In this document: positions 10,020 through 19,735 of the stretch, piece by piece | How positions within the stretch are numbered: the first letter of the stretch is position 1 | Layout: every line of letters starts with the position of its first letter | Source: Myxococcota bacterium | GTDB lineage: Bacteria > Myxococcota_A > UBA9160 > UBA4427 | Direction of reading: 5' to 3' | DNA length: 61,932 nucleotides | Assembly: GCA_036336835.1 (NCBI GenBank) | Contig: JAYZFK010000058.1 | Location: 1 to 61,932 of the forward strand | Position numbers and translations under genes: made by a program | The notes under the pieces: generated by a model | The model's input: only the letters and a program-made list of their open reading frames with translations | Database searches by the model: none | Told to the model about the DNA's origin: nothing

Positions 10020-10355
10020 ATGCAGACAGCCCTGATCGCGGGGATCCTGATGCTGACCGCCGCGGACCATCTGACGACCTACTGGTGTCTGCGCGAGTCC
10101 GTCGCGGGCTTCGTCGTCGCGGAGGCCAACCCGATAGCGGCTTGGCTCTTCGGACAGACAGGACTGGTCCAGGGCCTGATCATCGACTCTCTGCTGACCG
10201 TTGGGGCGCTGCTCTTCCTGGCGAGCACCCATCGGTTCTCGCCTCGAGCCAAGATCGCAATGCTCTCGTTCGTCGCGTTCGCCACGAGCTGCGCCGTCAC
10301 GAACAACCTGTTCGTGGCCACAGCCCTCGGAATCAGCCCCTTCGGAGCGGTCTAG
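10020..10355 (+). CDS. Small membrane protein, DUF5658-like
   Basis: D-x-x-TT....EANP motif with 3 TMs; GGGAG SD. Confidence 0.7.
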   Translation: MQTALIAGILMLTAADHLTTYWCLRESVAGFVVAEANPIAAWLFGQTGLVQGLIIDSLLTVGALLFLASTHRFSPRAKIAMLSFVAFATSCAVTNNLFVATALGISPFGAV

Positions 10356-10357
10356 CC

Positions 10358-10978
10358 GTGCGCCCCCTGGCCTTCGCCGCCATCTCGCTGCTGTCGCTCG
10401 CGACCCTCGCCAGCCTGTGGCTGACGACGCCCCAGGCCGCCGCGCAGATGCTCCCGGACATCGAACCGGCCGCCCTGCAGACGCCCCAGATGGCGCCGGC
10501 GGAGCGGCAGGTGCTCCGATTCCTGCGCAGCTACCACACCGGGCTGGCCGACCGCCAGCTCCCCGCGATCGCGAAGACGCTGGTCGCGGAGGCCGAGCAC
10601 CGGGCGCTCGATGTCGACCTCGTCCTCGCGGTGATCTTCGTCGAGAGCTCCGGCTACAACTTCGCCGTCTCGCCGGTCGGGGCACGCGGGCTGATGCAGA
10701 TCATGCCGAACACGGGGCAGGATCTCGCGCGCCGACACGGGCACCGATGGCACGGCCCGGATGCGTTGTTCGATCCGATCCTGAACCTGAAGCTCGGGAC
10801 CACGTATCTGCGCGAGCTACTCGACCACTACGACGGTGACATCGAGACCGCGCTCGCCGCCTACAACTGGGGCCCCGGCCACGTCGACCGCCGAATCGCC
10901 AGCGGGCAGCGTCTGCCGCGCCTGTACCTCCGGCTGGTGCGGGACGCACTCGAGCAACGGATCGATCAGCGCTCGTGA
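10358..10978 (+). CDS. SLT-domain lytic transglycosylase
   Basis: AVIFVESSG (catalytic Glu), GARGLMQIMP, ALAAYNWGPG; N-terminal signal/TM from GTG 10358. Confidence 0.92.
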   Translation: MRPLAFAAISLLSLATLASLWLTTPQAAAQMLPDIEPAALQTPQMAPAERQVLRFLRSYHTGLADRQLPAIAKTLVAEAEHRALDVDLVLAVIFVESSGYNFAVSPVGARGLMQIMPNTGQDLARRHGHRWHGPDALFDPILNLKLGTTYLRELLDHYDGDIETALAAYNWGPGHVDRRIASGQRLPRLYLRLVRDALEQRIDQRS

Positions 10979-12426
10979 GCCGCGAGCGGCCTGTCGAGCC
11001 GCGCGTTGGCGAGCGCGGTGACGAAATCGTCGACCGCATCCATCGCCGGCCGGTCCCCACCCCGGTAGCCATTCACCAGGATCGAGAAGCGGGCGCGCTC
11101 GCCGCTGGCCATTCGCACCCAGCCTGACAACGCGGTCACGCGCGTCAGCGTCCCGGTCTTCGCGCGCACCGCCCCCGTCGCACCCGACGCCCGTTCCTCG
11201 AGCGTCCCGTCGAGATTCGCCAGCGGCATCGCCGAGACCCACTCGGGCCCGAAGTCGAAGGAGCCCTCGCCGCTGCGCAGCGCCTGGACGAACGCCCGCG
11301 GCGTCGCCTTGTTCTGATACGAGAGCCCCGAGCCATCCACCAGGGAGAAGCCCTTCGGATCGACCCCGAGACCGGCGAGCACCCGGCGCATCTCGGCCCC
11401 CCCGGCCGACCAGCTGCCACGCGCGCCCGTCCGCACACCCAGCTGCTTGACGAGCGCCTCGGCGATCTGATTGTTGCTGTACTTCATGCACAGGCGAATG
11501 ATCTCGGCCAGCGTGCGCCCCTGGTGGCGCAGCAGCACGTGGGTCGCTTCGGGCTGCTGGCCCGCGCGCATCGCTCCGTCGACCTGGATGCCCTGCGCCT
11601 CGAGTTGCCAGCGAAGCACCGAGCCCGCATAGCGCGTCGGATCCAGCACGCTGCGGTGGAGCCGGACCGGATCCGCATCGACGCCGGTGCCGCCGCTGAC
11701 CAGCACCCTCTCGCCGTCCGGGCCCGCCTCGCGATCGACGCGCAGCCGGGTGGTCGCCTGCGCGCGCTCGGTCCGCGCGCGATTCACGACGGCGAGGTGC
11801 GCGACCGGCGGCAGGATGCCCACCACGATCGGTGCCCCCACCTCGGCAGCGGGGCGCAGCAGCACCGAGAACGCCCCGTAGTTTGCGTTCAGTGCGCCGA
11901 CGGGTGCGTGATAGGCACGCGCACCGGTGGGGCCCCACGACGGGTGCCAGCGTTCGCGATCGAACAGCGAGTCGTCCAGCACCAGATCGCCGCGCACGCG
12001 ACGCAGACCCATCCGCCGCAGCTCGTAGGCGATCTGCCACCAGTCCTCGTTGTTGACCACGGGATCGCCGCCACCGCGCAATACCAGCGTACCCACCGCG
12101 CCATTGGCATCGGGCTCTGCGTCGGCCACCAGCAGCGTCTCGAAACGGTGCGTCGGGCCGAAGCGCGCCATGGCGGCGAGCGTCGTCAGCAGCTTCGCGT
12201 TGGAGGCCGGGATCAGCGGGCGGTCGGGATCGCGCGCGTAGAGCTCACGGCCATCCGCACCCTCGGCGAGCACGGCGACCTTCGCGCCGCGCAGCGCGCG
12301 CCGTGCGAGTACCCGGTCGAGCGAACGCGCGAGCTCGTCACGCGCGTCCGACGCGACCAGGGGCGCCGGAGCGGCCAGCAGCAGCAGCAGCAGACCCGCA
12401 ATGCGCCTTTGCAGGGATCGGCCCAT
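10966..12426 (-). CDS. dacB: D-Ala-D-Ala carboxypeptidase/endopeptidase (PBP4, S13)
   Basis: PASNAK (SxxK), SNN (SxN), DGSGLS, KTG; signal peptide. Confidence 0.95.
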   Translation of the reverse strand: MGRSLQRRIAGLLLLLLAAPAPLVASDARDELARSLDRVLARRALRGAKVAVLAEGADGRELYARDPDRPLIPASNAKLLTTLAAMARFGPTHRFETLLVADAEPDANGAVGTLVLRGGGDPVVNNEDWWQIAYELRRMGLRRVRGDLVLDDSLFDRERWHPSWGPTGARAYHAPVGALNANYGAFSVLLRPAAEVGAPIVVGILPPVAHLAVVNRARTERAQATTRLRVDREAGPDGERVLVSGGTGVDADPVRLHRSVLDPTRYAGSVLRWQLEAQGIQVDGAMRAGQQPEATHVLLRHQGRTLAEIIRLCMKYSNNQIAEALVKQLGVRTGARGSWSAGGAEMRRVLAGLGVDPKGFSLVDGSGLSYQNKATPRAFVQALRSGEGSFDFGPEWVSAMPLANLDGTLEERASGATGAVRAKTGTLTRVTALSGWVRMASGERARFSILVNGYRGGDRPAMDAVDDFVTALANARLDRPLAAHER

Positions 12427-12625
12427 AGCCCCTCACATCGGCAGGCGGCACGCGAGGCCAAAGGCCTCCAGGCCTCGAGATCCGCGAACCTCTTGGTGGG
12501 GAGGTGCGAGGGTAGCGGCTCGCTTGACGCCCGCGAGCGAATCCGGGAGCCTCGCCGCCAGCAATCGCGCGTACGCGCCCGGGCAGCAGCCCACCCCGAG
12601 CCCAGGCCCCCATTCGGGCCCGGGT

Positions 12626-12653
12626 TCAGGTCAGATCGCGCATCCGCCGATTG
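12626..12653 (+). promoter_or_regulatory. Sigma28-like promoter upstream of spmAB
   Basis: TCAG-N16-GCCGATTG, 22 nt upstream of the start. Confidence 0.4.
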
Positions 12654-12675
12654 GTCACACCGGGAGGGGGCCCTG

Positions 12676-14013
12676 GTGCTGAACTGGATTTGGCTGGCAC
12701 TGATCGTCATCGCCGTTCTCTACGGCGGCTGGAACGGCGTGCTGGTGCCGGGACCCGATCCCGACGCGAGCCCGGGTGTCACCCAGGCGATCGGAAACTA
12801 CGCCACGGCCGCCGTCACCCTGGTGATCGGCCTGGTGGGATTCATGGTCTTCTGGCTCGGCGTGATGCGCGTCGCGTTCGACGGAGGCCTGCGAGCCCTG
12901 ATCGGACGCGTGATCTCGCCGCTGACCCGACGCCTGTTCCCGGACGTGCCGGGGGACCACCCGGCAATGGGCGCCATGGTCATGAACATGTCCTCGAACA
13001 TCCTGGGGATGGGCAACGCCGCGACGCCCTTCGGGCTCAAGGCGATGAAGGAGCTGGGCCGCATCAATCCACTGCCGGGCATCGCGTCCGATTCGATGGT
13101 GCTCTTCCTCGCGATCAACACCTCAGCCATCACACTGCTGCCGCCGCTCGGGACGATCGCGATCCGGCTGGCCGCGGGCTCGGCCGACCCGTTCGAGATC
13201 TGGGTCCCGACGTTGATCGCGACCACGTGCTCGACGATCGGAGCAGTCAGCGCGTTCTTCGCGCTGCGCGGACTGCCCGTATTCTCGCTGGACCGCGCTG
13301 CCGCGCCGCTGGAGCTGGAGCCAGAGCTGGAGATCGAAGGCGGGGACGAGATCGAGATCGAAGGCGACGCCCCGGTTCGCTCCTTCGACCCGACCCGCGC
13401 CTCCATCACCGCGGTCGTGCTGATCGCGCTGTTCGTAGTGATGGCGCGAGACATGGCTCGCGTCGACGCCACGACGGGCGCCGCGTACGTGCAGCATCTC
13501 GCCCAGGCCTGGCTGATCCCGTTGCTGCTCCTCGGCCTCCTGCTCTACGGCTTCGCCAAGGGCGTCAACGTCTACGAATCCGCCATCGCCGGCGCCCGCG
13601 AGGGACTCGACGTCGCGGTGCGCATCGTCCCCTACCTCGTGATCATCCTGGCGGCGATCGGGATGCTCCGCGAATCGGGCGCCATCGACGCGGTGTCGCG
13701 CGCGCTCGATCCGTACACCAGCGCGATCGGCGTTCCCGCCGAGGTGCTGCCGATGGCGATCCTGCGTCCGCTCTCCGGCTCGGGCTCGTTCGCCATCATG
13801 AACGACATCGTCACCACCCACGGGCCGGACTCGTTCGTGGGACGGCTCACCTGCACCCTGATGGGCTCCACCGAGACGACCTTCTACGTGCTCGCGGTGT
13901 ACCTGGGAGCCGCCGGCATCCGCTCGGGCCGCCACGTACTGCTCGCGTGCCTGGCGGGCGATCTGTGTGGCTTCGCGGGAGCCGTGGCGGCGTGCCACTG
14001 GTGGTTCGGCTAG
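12676..14013 (+). CDS. Fused SpmA/SpmB (nucleoside-recognition gate) membrane protein
   Basis: VLNWIW, LFPDVP.DHPA, NILGMGNAATPFGLKAM (SpmA); RPLSGSG, GSTETTFYVLAVY (SpmB). Confidence 0.92.
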   Translation: MLNWIWLALIVIAVLYGGWNGVLVPGPDPDASPGVTQAIGNYATAAVTLVIGLVGFMVFWLGVMRVAFDGGLRALIGRVISPLTRRLFPDVPGDHPAMGAMVMNMSSNILGMGNAATPFGLKAMKELGRINPLPGIASDSMVLFLAINTSAITLLPPLGTIAIRLAAGSADPFEIWVPTLIATTCSTIGAVSAFFALRGLPVFSLDRAAAPLELEPELEIEGGDEIEIEGDAPVRSFDPTRASITAVVLIALFVVMARDMARVDATTGAAYVQHLAQAWLIPLLLLGLLLYGFAKGVNVYESAIAGAREGLDVAVRIVPYLVIILAAIGMLRESGAIDAVSRALDPYTSAIGVPAEVLPMAILRPLSGSGSFAIMNDIVTTHGPDSFVGRLTCTLMGSTETTFYVLAVYLGAAGIRSGRHVLLACLAGDLCGFAGAVAACHWWFG

Positions 14014-14021
14014 GAGAGGCG

Positions 14022-15104
14022 ATGAGATCGGCTGCAGAGCACGAACTCGAGGGCCGCATCGAGGCGCTGTGCGTTGCGACCCTCTCCGCACGGCCGCTGC
14101 ACTGCCGACCGATCGCTGCCGGACTCGGCGCGCGGCGCTTCTATCGCGTGGCGCTCGACATCGCACCCTTCTCGCTGATCGCCCGCTGCGAACGGCCAGA
14201 GGATCCGGCGCTGCGGCCGGTCGGCGCGGCCGCCGAGCCACCGCTCGAGCCGCTGCGCAGCCTCCTCGAGCGGGCGGGACTACCGGTCCCGCGCCTTCAC
14301 GCGAGCGATCCGGAGCACGGCATCGCGCTGCTCGAGGATCTCGGCGACACGACACTCGAGAGCGCCGCGCGCAGCGCCGCCCCGGCCGAGCGGCGCGCAC
14401 TCTACGCCCAGGCCTGCGCGCTGCTACCACGGCTCCAGGCGCTCGAAGCCAGCGGCGACGACGTGCCCAACTTCGCTCGGCGTCTCGACGCGGCGCTGCT
14501 GCGCTACAAGGCGGACCAGGTCTGCCAGTGGCTGGTTCCGTGCGCAACCGGCAAGCCGACCACGGCAGCCGAGCGCGAGGTCGTCGCCAACGCGTTCTCC
14601 GAGATCGAATCCGCAACACTCGAGGCACCGCAGCGGCTCGCCCATCGCGACTTCAAGGCGCAGAACCTCCACCTGGTCGACGACAGCGAGCACCCGGATG
14701 CGGTCCGCGGCGCGCCTCGACTGGTGATGATCGACCTCCAGGGCGCGTTCCTCGCGCCACCCGAATACGACCTGGTCTGTCTGCTTCGCGATCTCCACGT
14801 CGAGCTCGCGGCAGACGAGATCCAGGACCAGCTCGAGCGGGTGCGCACGGTGCTGCCGGACGCGCCCGCGCGAGCCGATCTGCAACGCCGCTTCGCGCTG
14901 CTCACCCTGTCGCGCGTCGGCAAGGATCTCGCCCGCTTCGTCTACGCGGTCCGAGAGCGCGGGGACACGCGCTATCGCGCGTTTCTGCCGACGGGCGTGC
15001 GGCATCTCAAAAGCGCCGCGGCTGCGAGTGCCGGCTGGTGCCCCGCGCTCGCACGCTTCGCCGATCTGATCGCGCAGCTGCCGGAGTCGCCGTGCGCGCC
15101 CTGA
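14022..15104 (+). CDS. amgK: APH-fold sugar kinase, AmgK-like (MurNAc/GlcNAc anomeric kinase)
   Basis: RRFYRV, LLEDLGD, HRDFKAQNL, IDLQ, YDLVCLLRD; overlaps downstream nucleotidyltransferase as in amgK-murU. Confidence 0.75.
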   Translation: MRSAAEHELEGRIEALCVATLSARPLHCRPIAAGLGARRFYRVALDIAPFSLIARCERPEDPALRPVGAAAEPPLEPLRSLLERAGLPVPRLHASDPEHGIALLEDLGDTTLESAARSAAPAERRALYAQACALLPRLQALEASGDDVPNFARRLDAALLRYKADQVCQWLVPCATGKPTTAAEREVVANAFSEIESATLEAPQRLAHRDFKAQNLHLVDDSEHPDAVRGAPRLVMIDLQGAFLAPPEYDLVCLLRDLHVELAADEIQDQLERVRTVLPDAPARADLQRRFALLTLSRVGKDLARFVYAVRERGDTRYRAFLPTGVRHLKSAAAASAGWCPALARFADLIAQLPESPCAP

Positions 15105-16030
15105 TCCTGGCCGCCGGGCTCGGCGTGCGGATGCAACCGCTGTCGCTGCTGCGGCCCAAGCCGGCCCTGCCCGTCCTGGGACTGCCGGTGATCGGCTACC
15201 TGTTCGAGCTGCTGGCGGCCAACGGCGTCGAGGAGGTGATGGTCAACCTCCACCACCGCGCCGACCAGATGCGAGAGACGGCCGAGCAGTGCTGCCCGAG
15301 CCAGCTCGAGCTTCACTTCAGCAATGAGTCCGAACCCCTTGGAACAGGAGGAGGAATTCGTCGTGTATCGAGCTTCCTGCGCGACTCCGACCCAGCCCTG
15401 GTCCTGGCCGGCGACATGTTGCTCGACAGCGACCTCGCCGGCTTCGCGCGCCGCCACCGCGAACGAGGCGACGCCGCGACGCTGCTGCTCCGCTCGGACG
15501 AGCGCATCGCGGAGTTTGGGCCGATCGGGATCGACGGGGAGGGAGCCGTCCGGCGCATCGGCAACGACTTCGACCTCGGAGGCGCGCTCCGGCACGGTCT
15601 GTTCGTCGGCGTCCGGGCGTTTGCGCCGCGTTGCTTCGACAGCCTCCCCGATCGCGATGGCCCGTTCGAAGACCTGCGCGACTGGCTCGCCCCCGCGCTG
15701 CGCGCGGGCGCCCGCGATATCCGGGCCGAGTGCTACGACAGCGACGCCGTCGGCTGGGAGCCCATCGGGACGCCCGCCGAGTACCTGCGCGCGAACCTCG
15801 AGTTCGACGCGCGCTTCGACCGCGCGGGCGCGCGAGAGCGCGCTCCCGAGACCCGCGTGACCCCGGGGCTCGTGGTCGGACGAGGCGCCAGGCTCGAGCC
15901 CGGCGCGCGGCTCGAGCACGCCGTCGTGTGGGACGGAGAGACCGTCCCGAGCGAAATCGATGCCTGCGGCGGCGTCTTCGCGGGCGGACGCTTCGTGGCC
16001 ACCGACTCCGGCGCTGGAGAGCCCGCGTGA
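15092..16030 (+). CDS. murU: NDP-sugar pyrophosphorylase, MurU-like
   Basis: ALILAAGLGVRM.PLS..RPKP, VNLHH, EPLGTGGG; context next to amgK-like. Confidence 0.72.
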   Translation: MRALILAAGLGVRMQPLSLLRPKPALPVLGLPVIGYLFELLAANGVEEVMVNLHHRADQMRETAEQCCPSQLELHFSNESEPLGTGGGIRRVSSFLRDSDPALVLAGDMLLDSDLAGFARRHRERGDAATLLLRSDERIAEFGPIGIDGEGAVRRIGNDFDLGGALRHGLFVGVRAFAPRCFDSLPDRDGPFEDLRDWLAPALRAGARDIRAECYDSDAVGWEPIGTPAEYLRANLEFDARFDRAGARERAPETRVTPGLVVGRGARLEPGARLEHAVVWDGETVPSEIDACGGVFAGGRFVATDSGAGEPA

Positions 16031-16761
16031 GCGAGGTCGTGTTCATCGGAACCAGTGACGCCTTCGGCGCGGGCGGGCGCCGCCAGTCGGCGATCCTGGC
16101 GCGCGGCGCGCGCGGGAGCTTGTTGATCGACTGCGGCACGACCACCAACACCGGCCTCAACGAGCTGGGGATCGAACGCGACGAGATCGACGTCATCGTC
16201 GTCTCGCACTTCCACGCCGATCACTTCGGTGGCGTGCCCTTGTTCGTGCTCGCCGCTCGTTACCTGGACACGCGGCGCAAGCCGCTGCTGGTCGCCGGGC
16301 CGCCCGACGTCGAGCGGCGCGTGCGCGCGCTGGCCGCAGCGATGGGGCACCCGATCGAGAAGGATCCCGGCTTCGAGCTGCGCTTCCGCGAACTGCCCCC
16401 CGGCCCGGAGCACGAGATCGGGCCGGCCAAGCTCCAGTCCTTCGAGACCCGGCACCAGCTCGAGTCGCACCCACAGGGCTATCGCATCGACTCCGGCGAC
16501 CAGCTGCTGGTGTACTCCGGCGACACGGGGTGGTTCCCGGAGCTGGTGCGCCATACCGGCGGTGCGGATCTGTTCATCTGCGAGTGCACCCAGCAGCACG
16601 CCCATCTCGACTTCCACCTGAGCCTGGAAGAGCTGTCGGCGCACCGCGACGAGTTCGACTGCGGTCGCCACCTGCTGACCCACCTCGGCGCCGAGATGAG
16701 CGAGCTGCGCGGCCGCATCGACTTCGAGACAGCCGACGACGGACTCACCCTGAAGCTGTGA
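16027..16761 (+). CDS. MBL-fold metallo-hydrolase (RNase Z/phosphodiesterase-like)
   Basis: IGTSDAFG.GGR, LIDCG, SHFHADH, YSGDT, LLTH; GTGA overlap with murU-like. Confidence 0.9.
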   Translation: MSEVVFIGTSDAFGAGGRRQSAILARGARGSLLIDCGTTTNTGLNELGIERDEIDVIVVSHFHADHFGGVPLFVLAARYLDTRRKPLLVAGPPDVERRVRALAAAMGHPIEKDPGFELRFRELPPGPEHEIGPAKLQSFETRHQLESHPQGYRIDSGDQLLVYSGDTGWFPELVRHTGGADLFICECTQQHAHLDFHLSLEELSAHRDEFDCGRHLLTHLGAEMSELRGRIDFETADDGLTLKL

Positions 16762-16797
16762 CCGACGGACCTCCGGCAGCGGCGGCCCGCGCCAGCG

Positions 16798-17979
16798 TCA
16801 AGACGTCGATCCTTCGACGTCGGCCGAGCCGGTAAGCAGGCGACCCCGGGCCGCGGGAACGATCACGCCGAGGACCGCGGCACGGCTCGCTCCCGTCGTG
16901 TGCGGCAGGTGATTGGGAATTCCCAGTAGCGCGTTGCGACCCAGCAGCGAGAAGGCCATCGCCTCGGCTGCGTCGGCCGGCACACCGTGCGCGTCGAACG
17001 GTTCGACGGCGCAGTCCGACAGCGCGCGCGAGAGACCCTTCACGAGCACCGGATTGCGCGCGCCGCCACCCCCGACCAGGAGTCGCTCGGGGAGCGCCGG
17101 CAGATGCTCGCGGCAGGCGCGCGCGATGCTCTCGATGGTGAACTCGGTCAGGGTCGCAACCAGCGGGTCGAGCCCTCGCTTGCCCCAGCTGGCCAGCAGG
17201 GCCTCGGCCTCGGCGCGCCCATAGCGTTCGCGACCGGTCGATTTCGGCGGGGCGGCTGCCAGGTAGGCATCGTCGAGCAGCTGCTCGAGCAGCGCCGGGT
17301 CCACGCGGCCTCGCGCGGCGCGCGAGCCGTTGCGATCGAACCGCTCGGCCCCGTCCGTCGCCGCGTAGAGCACACCGTCGATCAGGCTGTTGGCGGGGCC
17401 TGTGTCGAAGGCCACTACCGCGTCGGGATCCCCATCGGGCGGGAGCCAGGTCAGGTTCGCAATGCCGCCGAGGTTGAGCACGGCACGCGCCTCACCGGGC
17501 TGAACGAAGGCCGCAAAGTGGAAGAACGGCGCGAGCGGCGCACCCTGGCCCCCGGCCGCGAGATCGCGTGAACGGAAGTCCGCCACCACCGGTACGCCCG
17601 TCCGCTCGGCGATCCGCGAAGGACACCCGATCTGCAGCGAGGCCCCGTGCTCGGGGTGGTGGGCAACGGTCTGACCGTGCGAGGCCACACCGTCGATCTC
17701 GGCCAGGGCAACGCCCGCGTCGCGCGCCACTGCCTCGGCGGCATCGGCAAAGCAATCGGCCAGCAGGCGATCGAGAGCGGCCAACTCGGCGAGCACATGC
17801 GGCCCCTCGAGCTCTCCTGCGGCGAGAGCGTGGATGCGCGCCTGGAGCTGTCCGTCGAGCCCGTCCTCGCGCGCGGCGAGCAACCGGAAGGGCCGCGGCT
17901 CGGCGCCGTCCGGCCACTCGACGAGCGCCGCATCAACGGCGTCCGCCGAGGTTCCCGACATCAGACCGATCACGAGCAC
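16798..17979 (-). CDS. anmK: Anhydro-N-acetylmuramic acid kinase
   Basis: IGLMSGTSAD, SHGQT, DFR.RD.AAGGQGAPL, NLGGIAN, FDTGPAN, PPKSTGRE. Confidence 0.96.
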   Translation of the reverse strand: MLVIGLMSGTSADAVDAALVEWPDGAEPRPFRLLAAREDGLDGQLQARIHALAAGELEGPHVLAELAALDRLLADCFADAAEAVARDAGVALAEIDGVASHGQTVAHHPEHGASLQIGCPSRIAERTGVPVVADFRSRDLAAGGQGAPLAPFFHFAAFVQPGEARAVLNLGGIANLTWLPPDGDPDAVVAFDTGPANSLIDGVLYAATDGAERFDRNGSRAARGRVDPALLEQLLDDAYLAAAPPKSTGRERYGRAEAEALLASWGKRGLDPLVATLTEFTIESIARACREHLPALPERLLVGGGGARNPVLVKGLSRALSDCAVEPFDAHGVPADAAEAMAFSLLGRNALLGIPNHLPHTTGASRAAVLGVIVPAARGRLLTGSADVEGSTS

Positions 17980-18038
17980 GGCCGCGAGCATAGGCGGCGC
18001 AGCGCGCGAAGCACGGCCAGACCGCCGTCAAACGCCGG

Positions 18039-18067
18039 TTGACACGACTCGCCGCGGCTCGCATGCT
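18039..18067 (+). promoter_or_regulatory. Sigma70 promoter of GT4/MT operon
   Basis: TTGACA-N17-CATGCT. Confidence 0.55.
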
Positions 18068-18202
18068 CACGCCCCCGCCGCAGGGGCTGGCAGGGGCCGC
18101 ACCGAACCCGCTGAATCACGCACAGCGCGAGTCCCCCGCCGCCTGTGGCAACGCAGCGGCGGATCCTCCGATCGCGCGACGTGCACAGGAGCCCTCGACC
18201 GT

Positions 18203-18466
18203 ATGAACGACGCTTCGAGCACCCAGGGCTGGGCCATCTGTATCGGCGCGGGTGCGCTCGCGCTGCTCTTCGTGATCGGTGTCTGGAGCGGCAGCTATCT
18301 CGCGCTAGCGCTCCCCGTCGGTGCGCTCACGCTCTTCGTCCTCGGACTCGCGGGCTGGGTCGGCTACACGATTGCGACCGTGCGCGTCGAGACGGTGACC
18401 GACCCGGCGGTCGAACCCGACTCGCCGGGCGACGCCGACGCGCAGGCCGACGAGCCGACCGCCTGA
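18203..18466 (+). CDS. Small 2-TM membrane protein with acidic tail
   Basis: MNDASSTQGW..., two hydrophobic helices, AGGAG upstream, 9 bp before GT4. Confidence 0.7.
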   Translation: MNDASSTQGWAICIGAGALALLFVIGVWSGSYLALALPVGALTLFVLGLAGWVGYTIATVRVETVTDPAVEPDSPGDADAQADEPTA

Positions 18467-18475
18467 GGAGCCGCC

Positions 18476-19735
18476 GTGCGCATCGCGCTGCTGACCTACC
18501 GGGGCAACATGTTCTGCGGGGGCCAGGGAATCTACGCGTCCTACCTGGCCCGCGAGTGGCAACGCGCTGGGCACGAGGTGCACGTCTTCGCGGGCCCGCC
18601 GCTGCCCGAGCTGCCCGACGGAGTTCCCCTCCACGAGATCCCCAACGACAATGTGTTCGGTCGGCAGTGGCCGGACTTCTACGATCCGGCGCGCCCCCTG
18701 TCGCTACTCAAGCCCCTGTCGCTGTGGGAGCTCGGCGTCTCGCGCTTCGGCGTCTTCCCAGAGATGCAGACCTTCGGCATCCGCCTGCTGCGGCGCTGGC
18801 CCGAGTTCCAGCGCCGTTACCGCTTCGACATCGTGTTCGACAACCAGTGCCTGTCGTGGGGCCTGCTCGGCCTGCGCGCGCTGGGCAGCCCGGTCGTCTC
18901 GGTGATCCACCACCCGCTGCACCTCGACCGCGAGGCCGACTACGCGATCGATTCGCGGCTCGTCAAGAAGATCAAGCGAACGCTCTACTTTCCGCTGTTG
19001 ATGCAGCAACGGGTCGCGCCGCGGCTGGACAAGATCGTGACCGTCTCGGAGGCCTCGCGCATCGAGATCGAGCGTTACTTCAAAATCCCGCAGAAGGACG
19101 TCGCGGTCGTGTACAACGGCACCGACGCCGAGCTGTTCCAAGCAGTCGAGGGGGTCGCGAAGGAGACGGACCTGCTGTTCGTCGGCCGTACCGAGGACCG
19201 CAAGAAGGGCATCGGCACGATGCTCGAGGCGCTCAGCCTGCTGCCAGATTCGGTGCGGCTCAAGATCGTCGATGGCCGCATCCCGGCCGACGGCCTGGTG
19301 CCGCGACTGATCGCCCGGTACCGACTCGAGCGGCGCGTGGTGATCATCGACCGCATGCTCACGGTGCCCGAGCTGGTCGAGCAGTACTCGACGGCGCGTA
19401 TCGCACTGGTGCCGAGCTTCTTCGAGGGCTTCGGCTTCCCGGCGAGCGAAGCGATGGCAGCAGGCCTCGCCGTGGTTGCCAACGCCGCGGGGGCGCTCCC
19501 CGAGGTGGTCGGTACGGACGGGCGTACCGGACGGCTGGTGCCACCGCGCAACGCGCGCGCGATGGCCGACGCGATCGCCGACATCCTTTCCGAGCCCGGC
19601 AAGGCCGAGCGCATCGGCGCGGCGGCGCGCCGACGCATCCAGACCGTCTTTCGCTGGGACGACGCGGCAGAGAACCTGGTCCGCGTCTTCGAGGACATCC
19701 TACATGCTGCTCACCGTCGATCTCGAGCGGCTTGA
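18476..19735 (+). CDS. GT4 glycosyltransferase
   Basis: RIALLTYRGN..CGGQGIY, KKG, EGFGFPASEAMA. Confidence 0.93.
   Translation: MRIALLTYRGNMFCGGQGIYASYLAREWQRAGHEVHVFAGPPLPELPDGVPLHEIPNDNVFGRQWPDFYDPARPLSLLKPLSLWELGVSRFGVFPEMQTFGIRLLRRWPEFQRRYRFDIVFDNQCLSWGLLGLRALGSPVVSVIHHPLHLDREADYAIDSRLVKKIKRTLYFPLLMQQRVAPRLDKIVTVSEASRIEIERYFKIPQKDVAVVYNGTDAELFQAVEGVAKETDLLFVGRTEDRKKGIGTMLEALSLLPDSVRLKIVDGRIPADGLVPRLIARYRLERRVVIIDRMLTVPELVEQYSTARIALVPSFFEGFGFPASEAMAAGLAVVANAAGALPEVVGTDGRTGRLVPPRNARAMADAIADILSEPGKAERIGAAARRRIQTVFRWDDAAENLVRVFEDILHAAHRRSRAA

Noticed and set aside
10966..14013. dacB-spmAB as evidence of Bacillus-type sporulation
   Set aside because: This DacB is PBP4/S13 type and divergently transcribed; the organism has an LptF/G permease and no spo genes are seen.
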